NCBI GenBank assembly: GCA_937125225.1
Contig: CAKZLE010000035.1
Location: 76,705 to 140,704, forward strand
Direction: 5' to 3'
DNA from: an uncultured Spirochaetia bacterium
Lineage (GTDB): Bacteria; Spirochaetota; Spirochaetia; CAKZLE01
DNA length: 64,000 bases
Shown: positions 31,906 to 41,767 of the stretch, piece after piece
How positions within the stretch are numbered: position 1 is the first letter of the stretch
How the letters are laid out: each line of letters begins with the position of its first letter
Position numbers and translations under genes: made by a program
Notes under the pieces: generated by a model
Databases searched by the model: none
What the model was told of the DNA's origin: nothing
Seen by the model: only the letters and a program-made list of their open reading frames with translations

Positions 31906-32631
31906 ATGAATGAAATATTTCCCATGAGATTGCAGAAGTATCTAGCTGCTTGTGGATTAGGATCTAGAAGGACTTGTGAACAGTATATTGCTGATGGAGA
32001 TGTCTCAATAAATGGTATTATAATATCCCAACATGGGACAAAAGTCGTAGAGGGAGATTCGGTTTGTTATAGGGACAGAGAAATGGTTCTCCTTAGAAAA
32101 AAATATTTTGTATTAAATAAACCTGCTGGGTATCTGAGCAGTAACTCAGATCCACATCATGAGGATTATGCGAGAGATTTGATCAATGAACCTGAAAAGA
32201 GTTCCCTCTTTCATGTTGGAAGACTAGATTTATATTCGACTGGTATGATTATTTTCACGAATGATGGAGCCTTCGCACAAAAAGTCAGTCATCCTAAATA
32301 TGAATTTGAGAAAGAATATTTTGTAACATTAAGACAGCAGATAAATGAAGATGATTTTATTCAAGTCCAGAAATATGGTCTTGCAGATGACGGGGAGATG
32401 TTAAAGATCAAGGAGGTACGATTCCTTGATGAACATTCTATGCATTTAATATTAAAAGAGGGAAAGAACAGGGAGATTCGTCGTATCTGTTATCATTATG
32501 GCTATACGATTGATAAACTGCATAGAATCCGGATAGGTGAGGTCTTATTAGGATCTTTACCAGAAGGGTCTTATAGAGAGATGACAGAAATTGAGATTTC
32601 ATCAATTCTAGAAAGAGGTGAAAATACATGA
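31906..32631 (+). CDS. RsuA/RluB-family rRNA pseudouridine synthase (N-terminal S4 domain)
   Basis: S4 domain MRLQKYLAACGLGSRR, catalytic ...HVGRLDLYSTGMIIFTNDG... with the conserved Asp, and ...GKNREIRR.... Confidence 0.75.
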   Translation: MNEIFPMRLQKYLAACGLGSRRTCEQYIADGDVSINGIIISQHGTKVVEGDSVCYRDREMVLLRKKYFVLNKPAGYLSSNSDPHHEDYARDLINEPEKSSLFHVGRLDLYSTGMIIFTNDGAFAQKVSHPKYEFEKEYFVTLRQQINEDDFIQVQKYGLADDGEMLKIKEVRFLDEHSMHLILKEGKNREIRRICYHYGYTIDKLHRIRIGEVLLGSLPEGSYREMTEIEISSILERGENT

Positions 32632-33266
32632 TTGTTGCTATAGATGGTCCTGCAGGAGTCGGAAAGAGTACCATAGCAAAGAGCATTGCAAAAGAGTGCG
32701 ATTTCTATTATTTGAATTCAGGAAATTACTATCGTGCTATCGTTCTAGAACATTTGAATCGTAAAGGTGATCCTTTTGATGAAAAAGCCCTTATCGATAC
32801 TGCAGAATCCGTTGAGATGCACCTCAAAGATGGTAGATTATTTCTTAATAATCTAGATGTTGAGGATATGCTTCATACAGACCAGATTGATGTACATGTA
32901 GCTAGGATATCTGCGATTATCCCTATTAGAAAAATAGTGAATAAAGCATTGAGAATAGCTGCAGAGTTCAATAATATCATAGTAGAAGGTCGTGATATAA
33001 CGACAGTGGTATTCCCTCATGCAGATCTGAAATTTTATTTTGATGCATCTATTGAAATAAGAGCCAAAAGACGGTATAAACAACAAGATACTATGTTAAC
33101 TCTTTCTGAGATTGAAACAGAGATTGCAAAAAGAGATGAGATAGATAAAACAAAGGCCTTTGGAGCTTTAATGGTTTCAGATGATGCTAGTTATATAGAT
33201 ACATCGTACTTGACCATAGATGCAGTTTGTGAGAAAGTAGTACAAAAGATTAAAGACTTAAGGTAA
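32628..33266 (+). CDS. cmk: Cytidylate kinase
   Basis: P-loop IAIDGPAGVGKST, found upstream of rpsA as in many bacteria. Confidence 0.9.
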   Translation: MIVAIDGPAGVGKSTIAKSIAKECDFYYLNSGNYYRAIVLEHLNRKGDPFDEKALIDTAESVEMHLKDGRLFLNNLDVEDMLHTDQIDVHVARISAIIPIRKIVNKALRIAAEFNNIIVEGRDITTVVFPHADLKFYFDASIEIRAKRRYKQQDTMLTLSEIETEIAKRDEIDKTKAFGALMVSDDASYIDTSYLTIDAVCEKVVQKIKDLR

Positions 33267-33289
33267 ATTAAGGATCAGGAGAGTTACAC

Positions 33290-34996
33290 GTGGCAACCGA
33301 ACAAGATGTCGACAAAACAAACGAAATGCAGAACCTATTACAGGAAGAATATCTTAAATCTCTTGATGGAATCGAAGATGGCCAACTGGTTGATGGCCAA
33401 GTTGTTCAGGTTAATAACGAATTCGTCTTCATTGACGTTGGTTATAAATCTGAAGGACGTATCCCGTTAGATGAATTCACTGAGACACCAATTACAGGAG
33501 ATTCTGTAAAGGTTGTCATAGTACAAAAAGAAGGTCGTGGCGGACAGATAGTCGTTTCCAAAAAGAAAGCAGATGGAAAAGTAAGATCAGAAAAACTTAA
33601 AGAGGCAGCTGAGAATGGAGAACCTGTTGAAGGTACTTTCTCTAAAGTCATCAAAGGTGGATTCGAGATCGATCTTCTCTTTGACATCAAAGGATTCTGT
33701 CCATTATCTAAAGCAGACCTCATAAGAGTAGAAGACCCAGAAACCTATGTAGGGATCAAGGACTTCTTTATAATCGATAAGCTACATACTGGGAGAAAAC
33801 TTAAATCTGTTCTCTCAAGAAGAGCTTTTCTAGAAAAGAGTATCCAAGAAAGAAAGAACAAGTTTTTCGGAGAAGTTCAAGTTGGTGATATTGTTGAAGG
33901 CGAAGTGAAGAGTTTCACATCCTTTGGTGCGTTCATCGATCTTGGTGGATTTGATGGACTTCTTCACATAAATGACATGAGCTGGGGCCATGTGACCAGA
34001 CCTAAGGATTTCGTAAAGAAAGGACAGAAGATCTCATTGAAACTCATCAATGTTGATTCTGAGACACAGAAGATAAACCTTTCCTTGAAACACTTCACTG
34101 AAGATCCATGGATGAGTTTTACCTCTAGATATCAGCTCGATGACGTTATTTCAGGTACAGTCACTAAACTCACAGACTTTGGTGTCTTTATTGAATTAGA
34201 AGAGGGAATCGAGGGACTCGCCCATATCTCAGAACTCTCATGGGTCAAGAGAATCTCACATCCAAGAGAGATTCTTTCAATCGGTGATTCCGTTAATGCA
34301 AAGGTCCTCTCATACGATCTTGATAATAAGAAGATCTCCTTAGGTATAAAACAAGTTGCGGTCAATCCTTGGGATACTATCGCAGATAGATATCCTATTG
34401 GAAATAGAATCTCAGGGCCAGTCGTTAAAGTGACAAACTCAGGAGCTTTCATCAACCTTGAAGAGGGGATTGACGGATTCTTGCATATGGACGATATCTC
34501 CTGGACAAAGAAGATGAAGAACATGGGTTCATTCTGTCAGGAAGGAGATGTTTTAGAAGTTGTAATAACAAAGGTCGAATCTAGAAATAGAAGAATCAGA
34601 CTTGGTGTTAAACAATTAGAAGGCAATCCATGGCAGACTCTTAGACAGGATTTTCCAAGAGGCAGTGTGATCGATGGTGAAGTTACAAGTGTTACCGATT
34701 TTGGTGTATTTGTTCGAGTCGTTGGTGATATCGAAGGACTTATCTCTAAATATAATCTAATTGGACCGGAAGAAGAATATTCAGACTCAGTACTTGAATC
34801 ATTCAAGTCAGGAGATTCTGTGACTGCTCTTGTAACCGATGTGAATGTCCACGCACAAAAATTATCTCTTTCTATCAAGGAACTTGTAAGAAAGAATCAG
34901 AGACAGGAGATGTCTAAGTACATCCATGATGATGATAATGATGATACATTCACATTTGCTGATCTGCTTAAAGAAAAAGACTTTAGCGGAGAATAA
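33290..34996 (+). CDS. rpsA: 30S ribosomal protein S1
   Basis: Six S1-like repeats (...GxVxxxTDFGAFIxL...). GTG start. Confidence 0.9.
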   Translation: MATEQDVDKTNEMQNLLQEEYLKSLDGIEDGQLVDGQVVQVNNEFVFIDVGYKSEGRIPLDEFTETPITGDSVKVVIVQKEGRGGQIVVSKKKADGKVRSEKLKEAAENGEPVEGTFSKVIKGGFEIDLLFDIKGFCPLSKADLIRVEDPETYVGIKDFFIIDKLHTGRKLKSVLSRRAFLEKSIQERKNKFFGEVQVGDIVEGEVKSFTSFGAFIDLGGFDGLLHINDMSWGHVTRPKDFVKKGQKISLKLINVDSETQKINLSLKHFTEDPWMSFTSRYQLDDVISGTVTKLTDFGVFIELEEGIEGLAHISELSWVKRISHPREILSIGDSVNAKVLSYDLDNKKISLGIKQVAVNPWDTIADRYPIGNRISGPVVKVTNSGAFINLEEGIDGFLHMDDISWTKKMKNMGSFCQEGDVLEVVITKVESRNRRIRLGVKQLEGNPWQTLRQDFPRGSVIDGEVTSVTDFGVFVRVVGDIEGLISKYNLIGPEEEYSDSVLESFKSGDSVTALVTDVNVHAQKLSLSIKELVRKNQRQEMSKYIHDDDNDDTFTFADLLKEKDFSGE

Positions 34997-35025
34997 TAAA
35001 TTACTGACTTGGTAGGTTAAACACT

Positions 35026-35700
35026 ATGGCAAATGTAGAAGAGAAGAAAAGTGTAAGTACAAAGCTTTCACAATTTATCATAAGTAAAAGTAAGATCATT
35101 TTGATCGTTTGTGCAGTTATCGTAGTTGTTGTGGTGGTCACTGGTATCGCCACAGCCGTTAATAATAATGCTCAGCAAAAATGGATGACAGCAATTGAAA
35201 CAGCAGAGACGGATTATACAGACTGGAAGGCTTTGACTGTTGAAGATTCAGATCGTGATTTAGAGGCAGAAGAACTTGAAATTGAACTGCTTGCAATCGT
35301 TGATGGAGCAAAGAACAGTTACCCTCAGATGAAAGCAACATTTTTATTAGGATCATTGAGTTTTGAGTTGAAAGATTATACAGAAGCTGCATCTTATTTT
35401 GATTCTGTTCAAAAGGATTATGCAGATACGTATTTAGCTCCAGTAGCTCTTATGAATAATGCGGTAGCATTAGAAATGTTAAATAAGAACGATGAAGCTC
35501 TTGATAGATATCAGAGATTAGTTGATACCTATGCTGCTGTATCTCCTGAAGCATCTCATGCAATGTTCAGTATTGGACGTATCTATGAAGGGCAGGGTAA
35601 CCTGGATCTTTCTAAGGCTGTTTATGAACAGCTTATTGCAGAATATGAGACATCAGAGTGGGCTAAATTAGCACAGGTGAGATTAATAACTATCGATTAG
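35026..35700 (+). CDS. Membrane-anchored TPR-like protein (YfgM-like architecture)
   Basis: An N-terminal TM helix (IILIVCAVIVVVVVVTGIATAV) followed by helical-repeat TPR-like sequence. Confidence 0.4.
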   Translation: MANVEEKKSVSTKLSQFIISKSKIILIVCAVIVVVVVVTGIATAVNNNAQQKWMTAIETAETDYTDWKALTVEDSDRDLEAEELEIELLAIVDGAKNSYPQMKATFLLGSLSFELKDYTEAASYFDSVQKDYADTYLAPVALMNNAVALEMLNKNDEALDRYQRLVDTYAAVSPEASHAMFSIGRIYEGQGNLDLSKAVYEQLIAEYETSEWAKLAQVRLITID

Positions 35701-35712
35701 ATAAAGGTAATT

Positions 35713-36378
35713 ATGAGTCTTAAAGAAAAAGACAATAACAGTAGTCTGGTTAGAAGAACAAATCATTTGTTCAACTTCTGCGTGATACTGCTTATTGTCT
35801 TTTTTTTAGTATCCTGCGGAATACCTAATCCTTTACCAGAACTTGATAATATATCTATTACCAGTATTGAATTCAATTCTACAACTGATGGTGACAAAGT
35901 GGAATTTGATTATGATGACGGGATAGATGATGATATTCTCGATGTGGCCGATACAACTTTTGGATTTAATATCTATTATGAGTATACTGACTCAGAAGAT
36001 GAAACGAGTGATGCCTCAAGAACGAATACTTATAAATCTGAAATAGCTATTAATAATGAAACTGTTTGGAAAGAGGAGACTCCTAGGTTGGAGATATCTG
36101 TTCCAGAACAGGAATTACATGCAGAGATTTCCTATGTAACAACTAGTCATTTTGAATTCAGATTATATGATGATTCAAATATTGCTATTCTGGTGAATGG
36201 TGAAGAAATGAATGGGATATATGATGTAGATGGAGATTCACTATTTTTATCAGTAAATGATAATGAGAGATATCTTCATCTTTACATAGAATTTTTTATT
36301 CGTAATGCATCTTATAGTCCTAGTTCAAATTATTCAGATTTAGAACATATTGGATTCATCGATACAAATAATCTATGA
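35713..36378 (+). CDS. Hypothetical lipoprotein
   Basis: Signal peptide with lipobox ...FFLVSCG, then an acidic D/E/N-rich mature region. Confidence 0.4.
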   Translation: MSLKEKDNNSSLVRRTNHLFNFCVILLIVFFLVSCGIPNPLPELDNISITSIEFNSTTDGDKVEFDYDDGIDDDILDVADTTFGFNIYYEYTDSEDETSDASRTNTYKSEIAINNETVWKEETPRLEISVPEQELHAEISYVTTSHFEFRLYDDSNIAILVNGEEMNGIYDVDGDSLFLSVNDNERYLHLYIEFFIRNASYSPSSNYSDLEHIGFIDTNNL

Positions 36379-36451
36379 TAGAAGCGAATATATATAATAC
36401 TTTAAATAATGTATATTCTGTTGTAAATATAATATAATTAAAGGTACACTT

Positions 36452-37279
36452 ATGAATGAACATATAACCGATAGATCATCTAATGATAAAATAAGTAAAT
36501 CATTTTTAAGACTTCACGATGTTCTTACCAAATTGAGAGCTCCTGAAGGATGTCCATGGGATAGAAAGCAAACTCCTGAGTCCTCCTATAAGAATATTAT
36601 TGAAGAAGCCTACGAATTTATCGATGCTGTTCATAATAATGATATAGATAATTGTAAAGAGGAATTAGGAGATCTTTATTTAGTAATTACCATGATTGCG
36701 ATTATGTATGAAGAACAATCATTATTCACTATTTCTGAAATTCTTGATAATACTTCTGAAAAAATGATAAGACGACATCCTCATGTTTTTGAAAATGCAG
36801 TTGCAAATAATCCTGAAGAGGTCATAAAACTCTGGGATACTATAAAAGAAACAATAGAGGGGAAAACGACTTCACTTGAGAATCCTTACAAACATATCCC
36901 TAAATCCTTACCACCTTTAGAAAGAGCTGAAGAAATACAGAAGATTGCCAGGAAAAAAGGGTTTGATTGGCCTTCAGCTGAAGGTGCAATTGAAAAGGTA
37001 CATGAAGAGTTACAAGAACTTCATGAAGCGATTGAATTGAAGAACCATTCAAAGATTGAAGAAGAACTAGGAGACCTTATTTTTTCAGTTGTCAACATCT
37101 CCAGATTACTAAAGGTGAACCCCCATGTTTCTTTACATAAAACGAATGAGAAATTCATTAAACGGTATAATGATATGGTGATTTTATTTGATAAGGACCA
37201 TGAAAAGGAGTTCTCAGAGGCTTCGTTCGAAGAGATGGATATCTATTGGGAAAAAGCTAAAAAGTTAAACCTCACCTAG
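36452..37279 (+). CDS. mazG: Nucleoside triphosphate pyrophosphohydrolase MazG (tandem MazG domains)
   Basis: ...LRAPEGCPWDRKQTPESSYKNIIEEAYEFIDAV...EELGDLYLVI..., and a second domain with ...EELGDLIFSVVNISRLLKV.... Confidence 0.85.
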   Translation: MNEHITDRSSNDKISKSFLRLHDVLTKLRAPEGCPWDRKQTPESSYKNIIEEAYEFIDAVHNNDIDNCKEELGDLYLVITMIAIMYEEQSLFTISEILDNTSEKMIRRHPHVFENAVANNPEEVIKLWDTIKETIEGKTTSLENPYKHIPKSLPPLERAEEIQKIARKKGFDWPSAEGAIEKVHEELQELHEAIELKNHSKIEEELGDLIFSVVNISRLLKVNPHVSLHKTNEKFIKRYNDMVILFDKDHEKEFSEASFEEMDIYWEKAKKLNLT

Positions 37280-39755
37280 CCTCTTCAGTTAAGACTTTTG
37301 CCAGGTTTTCTCCTGATTTACCATAAAGTTCGATTCTTTTTACATTATATCTGCTTAAAAAATCATATTTCTTCATTTCTGGATCAATCAGTTTCAGGAT
37401 ATTCCCTACCTTACCTTTCTGTTCAAATATTGAAACAGTTGCTGAGGTTCCATCAGTTGTTAATAAGGTAACATTAGATTGTTCTTGAACAATTAATTCA
37501 GTAATCCTAAATAATTCCTTTGTATCATCATCAGAATCAATGCTGAAGGTATATGCAGATCCAGAATAAGCTGAAGAGATTGATTTATGTCCTAAACCTT
37601 TTGTATTGAATGAAATAAAATCTACTCCATCAGGTAGAGAATTATTACATAATTCTAAGATTTCATGTTTAAAAAGCTCGTTTTTATATTTATCAGGTAT
37701 TCTGAAGAGCATTACTTCTTCTTTTCCCGATACTCCCAATGGTAATGGTGAAGCAAATTCTAATCTTGGTTTTGGATTAAAACCGTGAGTGAATTCTATA
37801 GGGATTCCTGTTCTCATAAACATTCTTTCAAAGATATTCATCATATTAATATGCGAATAATAGATTGCCTTACCGTTTTTCTTATAGGTAGCAATTATAT
37901 GGATAAACTTAGGTAATTCCGCAATGTCTACTTCTGGTTTATGATCATCAACAAAAGTTTCATTAGAAGTTTCTGCATCTAGTATTTCACTCATTTTTTT
38001 GGGATTACAAACACCACAATTATGATCACATACTGGAGCACAGATAGGAGTAGGTTCAAATCTAGAGGCAAGAGCATATTCATTTTTTAAGAAACCCTTC
38101 CCTGCTCCTACCGAAATATCATCCCAGGGCAAAGGGGCATCAATAGGAGTCATATCACAACTCTCATGGAGAACATCCCAAGATGTTTCTTCTATAGCTT
38201 CTACCCAATTATTTTTATTGAAATATTCATCCCAAGCATCTAATCTTGAGCCTTTGAAATAAGCTTTCTCTATGATATCACTTACACGTTCATCACCTCT
38301 TGAAACCATTCCTTCAAGATAAGAAGTATAAGAATCATGAAAACTCACCTTTACTTGTGGAAGTCGTCTGATAAGAAGTGCTTTAATATTTTTTAAATGA
38401 TTCAATGCGAAATCAGGTTCTAATTGATTAGACCATTGGAATGGTGTATGAGGTTTCGGAACGAAAGTCCCGATATTTATATTCATACGTATCTTAGTAG
38501 CTTTATAGATTTCTGAAAGAAATCCTGCAATTGCTTCAGGTTCCCTTTCCAAATCTGTAAATGGTAGGCCAGTCATAAAGTAGAATTTGGCCAATTTCCA
38601 CCCAAGATCCTTTGCTTGTTTGATTATAGATATGATATCTTCACATAAGACCTCTTTGTTCATTGCCATCTGCCAGTTATGTTCTGGTGTTTCTATGGCA
38701 AAGGTTAAACCGCTCCTTCTCACTGTTGATACAGCCTTCAAGACTGGTAAAGTAAAAGAATTTACTTTTAGTGAAGGCAAAGAGAAAGAGATATGATTTT
38801 TTTCGTGACGTTTATTAAGGGAAGAAATCAATTTATCTAGATGTGGATAATCCCCAGTAGATAATGAAGAAAGTGTTATCTCCCTATATCCGTAGTTCTT
38901 TAAATTAAAGTCTACCTCGTCTATAATTTTAGGAATATCTTTTTGCCGATAAGGTCTGTAGAATTCCCCGGCATGACAAAACCTACAACCATTTGGACAG
39001 CCTCTCATGATTTCAATAACTCCGTGTTCCTGAACAATAGAAATATTAGGAGCAAGAAAATATTGATCTGATACTGGTTGATCCAAACCAAATCTCTGGT
39101 TAACTAATGCTACCGCTTTTGGTTTTCTTTTAGACCAGATTGATGGGTGTTCCTCTAATGATAAAAGTTTTCCCTCTCTATTTTTATTACTTTTCTTCGC
39201 TTTAACAAGTTTTTTAAGAATATCCCCTAGACCTGGTTCAGATTCAGAATCTCCAATGAATATACCATCTATCCATGCTCCAAAAGGCGCTGGATTCGTA
39301 ATTGCTGGACCTCCTGCAATCACTATTGGATGTCTTTCTGTTCTATCCTCAGTATGAAGAGGAATCAAACCTGTTTCTAATACTGCAAGTATATTGGTAG
39401 CAGCAAGTTCGTACCCTACTGTGAAGGCAAGTACATCACATTCATGTAAAGGTATTCCATATTCAAGGGTATAAAGCGGAATTTCTTTATCGTGCAGAAT
39501 TTTCTCGAAATCAGGGGCTGGACTAAAAACCAAATCACATAGTACATGAGGAATAGAATTACAAAGATCAAATAATATTCTTACAGCATTATTTGACATC
39601 CCTATTTCATATAAGTCAGGAAAACATAGTGCGATTTTCAACTGAATATCTTCATCTAGAGGTTTTTTCTTACCAAATTCTCCTCCAATATAACGTCCTG
39701 GTTTCTCGATGTTCAATAATATATTTTTTAAATCTATTTCTGGTCTAATTATCAT
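37272..39755 (-). CDS. Fused B12-binding-like/radical SAM protein with C-terminal radical-SAM-linked (DUF2344-like) domain
   Basis: CxxxCxxC radical SAM cluster motif MRGCPNGCRFCHAGEF, with a TIGR03960-like N-terminal ~600 aa and a TIGR03936-like C-terminal ~220 aa fused into one 827-aa ORF. Its 3' end overlaps mazG convergently by 8 nt. Confidence 0.7.
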   Translation of the reverse strand: MIIRPEIDLKNILLNIEKPGRYIGGEFGKKKPLDEDIQLKIALCFPDLYEIGMSNNAVRILFDLCNSIPHVLCDLVFSPAPDFEKILHDKEIPLYTLEYGIPLHECDVLAFTVGYELAATNILAVLETGLIPLHTEDRTERHPIVIAGGPAITNPAPFGAWIDGIFIGDSESEPGLGDILKKLVKAKKSNKNREGKLLSLEEHPSIWSKRKPKAVALVNQRFGLDQPVSDQYFLAPNISIVQEHGVIEIMRGCPNGCRFCHAGEFYRPYRQKDIPKIIDEVDFNLKNYGYREITLSSLSTGDYPHLDKLISSLNKRHEKNHISFSLPSLKVNSFTLPVLKAVSTVRRSGLTFAIETPEHNWQMAMNKEVLCEDIISIIKQAKDLGWKLAKFYFMTGLPFTDLEREPEAIAGFLSEIYKATKIRMNINIGTFVPKPHTPFQWSNQLEPDFALNHLKNIKALLIRRLPQVKVSFHDSYTSYLEGMVSRGDERVSDIIEKAYFKGSRLDAWDEYFNKNNWVEAIEETSWDVLHESCDMTPIDAPLPWDDISVGAGKGFLKNEYALASRFEPTPICAPVCDHNCGVCNPKKMSEILDAETSNETFVDDHKPEVDIAELPKFIHIIATYKKNGKAIYYSHINMMNIFERMFMRTGIPIEFTHGFNPKPRLEFASPLPLGVSGKEEVMLFRIPDKYKNELFKHEILELCNNSLPDGVDFISFNTKGLGHKSISSAYSGSAYTFSIDSDDDTKELFRITELIVQEQSNVTLLTTDGTSATVSIFEQKGKVGNILKLIDPEMKKYDFLSRYNVKRIELYGKSGENLAKVLTEEAR

Positions 39756-39764
39756 CTTATTCCT

Positions 39765-40592
39765 CTATGGTACAATTTTTTTCGATTTCTCTATCATTGT
39801 TTTAGACTCTATTAGATTGCCATCCTGCTCATATAGCAAAGATAGTGTTTTATAGATATTCTTAAGTAAGATAGGATCCGTGATATAGTTAGATAACTCT
39901 ATGAAAGACTGTAACGCTTCATTTGGAAATAGTTCTGTCTTGATAACATAAAGTTCGTATAATTCCTTCTCTGAAACTGCTAGATGAATAAGAAATTCTA
40001 ATTGACCAGCTGCCTCTTTATACATTCCAAGTGCAATATATTTGTTTACGAGAAAATATGCAATTCTTCTAGAGTCTAAACCAGCTTTTTGTAAGTATTC
40101 TTTTGCTATGTAAAGATCTGCTGAATTTGCTGAGGAAATTCCAAGATATACATATAAGTTTGAATTTATAAATCCATTTTCTTCTGCTATAAGAAGATTA
40201 TCTACTGCTCTATCAAAACGTCCTGTATTGAAATATGCAGCGCCTAAGAGGTAATGAATTAAAGGGATAACTTTAGTACTTTCAGGATAGAGTATTTTAA
40301 AAAGTTCTAGACTTTCAATACTGTTCCCGTACTGTTTTAAATTGAAATTACTTATTCCGTAAAGGTATAGGTAAGTCTGTTCAACTCTTTTTTTATCATT
40401 TAATTGATTATAGGAGTTAATAAAACTCTGAAAATCACCTGAATAGAATTCCTTAAAAAATTGCTCTTTCTGTTTTGAATCTTTGAATGTAGAAATAGAA
40501 ACAGCAAGGATAAGTAACACCATGATCGTTGTTATAATCATAATGAGATATGGTATTATCCTTACTGTCTTCTTTGAAAAATCATTATTCAT
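39765..40592 (-). CDS. Membrane-anchored TPR repeat protein
   Basis: Start MNNDFSKK at 40592, then a TM helix (IIPYLIMIITTIMVLLILAVSI) and TPR-like helical repeats. The ORF-track start at 40640 would run into the rnpB gene, so it is rejected. Confidence 0.5.
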   Translation of the reverse strand: MNNDFSKKTVRIIPYLIMIITTIMVLLILAVSISTFKDSKQKEQFFKEFYSGDFQSFINSYNQLNDKKRVEQTYLYLYGISNFNLKQYGNSIESLELFKILYPESTKVIPLIHYLLGAAYFNTGRFDRAVDNLLIAEENGFINSNLYVYLGISSANSADLYIAKEYLQKAGLDSRRIAYFLVNKYIALGMYKEAAGQLEFLIHLAVSEKELYELYVIKTELFPNEALQSFIELSNYITDPILLKNIYKTLSLLYEQDGNLIESKTMIEKSKKIVP

Positions 40593-40599
40593 AAATAAA

Positions 40600-40940
40600 A
40601 AATCCAGGTCTATAAGCCGGGTTCTGTTGTCGACGATCATCTATCTGCATACCTTATTGCTAAGATATTCTAGCGACCTACCCGCAGCATTAAAGCGAAC
40701 AACTATGCTGCTGTTTGATCTTGCTCCTGAAGAGGTTTACCCTGCCCTGTCTGTTACCAGACAGGCGGTGGGCCCTTACCCCACCATTTCACCCTTACCT
40801 GCAAGCAGGCGGTATATTTTCTGTGGCACTTTCTGTAGCTTCAAAAAGAAGCTCCCGGGAGTTACCCGGCATCATGTTCTATGGAGCCCGGACTTTCCTC
40901 TCTATACATAAAGTATAAAGCGATCATCTGACCTAGATTA
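40600..40940 (-). ncRNA. rnpB: RNase P RNA (bacterial type A-like)
   Basis: The minus strand carries the universally conserved P4 5' strand GAGGAAAGTCCGGGCTCCATAG and the P4 3' strand ACAGAACCCGGCTTAT. It also has the CAGGTAAGGGTGAAATGGTGGGGTAAGGGCC module and a P1 pairing of TCTAGGTC (5') with GACCTGGA (3'). The region is a GC-rich island in an AT-rich genome and ends in a U-run. Confidence 0.85.
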
Positions 40941-40950
40941 AATAATAACT

Positions 40951-41748
40951 TTAAAGATCGAAATCATCAAGATCGACGAGATCTGCTAATGCACCCTCTT
41001 CAATATCATCTGCACCAACTGCTGATCCGATAACCTCTTCTTCGATATCTTCGAAGTAAAGAATTCTACTACAGTAGGGACAGAACATGAAATCTTTTCC
41101 TTTTCTTACATCATTAACAAACTGCGCAGGAAGTGTCATATGACAACCAGTACAAACTGTATCATGAATTGGTACAATACCAACTCCTGACTTGTTTTTA
41201 ATGATCCTTTCAAACTTGAATAGAACATCACCATCGATATCTGGAACGATCTCATCTTCTTGTTCTTTTAGAATATCAAGTTCTTTATTTTTCTCGCTGA
41301 GAATAGTTTCCATCTTCTCCTGCTCAACTTTTACCTCTTCTTCCTGAAGAGTCATGAGATCTTCCTGGTCTTCAATCTGAGAAACGAGTTCTTCTTGAAT
41401 GTTCTCTTTATGAAGGATAGTCTTTCTCAACTGTTGTTCTTTCTCTGTAGCATCCTTGATTTCTTTGTCGAGTGCCTCATATTCTCGTTGAGTTGTGATG
41501 AGATCCATCTGTTTTTCATAATTCTCTCGTTCTCTCTCAGCATCATCTAGTCGTATTCTGATGCTTTTGATATCATTTTTAATCAGTTCAAGTTTTTCAT
41601 TCTTTTCAAGATAGTTCTTCTTACCACGATTAAGCAATTCGATTTTTGTGCTTAACGTCTTTGGAATTTCTTTCACTTCATCTTGAACATCATATTTCTT
41701 TGATAAAATGGTCTGTAAGGCCTGCAATTTAATAAATACTTCCTGCAT
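40951..41748 (-). CDS. Coiled-coil protein with C-terminal C4 zinc ribbon (COG1579-like; HP0958-type architecture)
   Basis: Long E/K-rich coiled coil, then CTGCHMTLPAQ...FCPYCSRILY. Confidence 0.5.
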   Translation of the reverse strand: MQEVFIKLQALQTILSKKYDVQDEVKEIPKTLSTKIELLNRGKKNYLEKNEKLELIKNDIKSIRIRLDDAERERENYEKQMDLITTQREYEALDKEIKDATEKEQQLRKTILHKENIQEELVSQIEDQEDLMTLQEEEVKVEQEKMETILSEKNKELDILKEQEDEIVPDIDGDVLFKFERIIKNKSGVGIVPIHDTVCTGCHMTLPAQFVNDVRKGKDFMFCPYCSRILYFEDIEEEVIGSAVGADDIEEGALADLVDLDDFDL

Positions 41749-41767
41749 CTATATACTCCTAGTTATA

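Noticed and set aside
40483-40918. ORFs 40483-40911 (+) and 40715-40918 (+), plus the first 16 codons of the 39765-40640 (-) ORF
   Set aside because: They lie on top of the RNase P RNA gene; the GC-rich structured RNA creates open frames by chance. The TPR gene was re-started at 40592.
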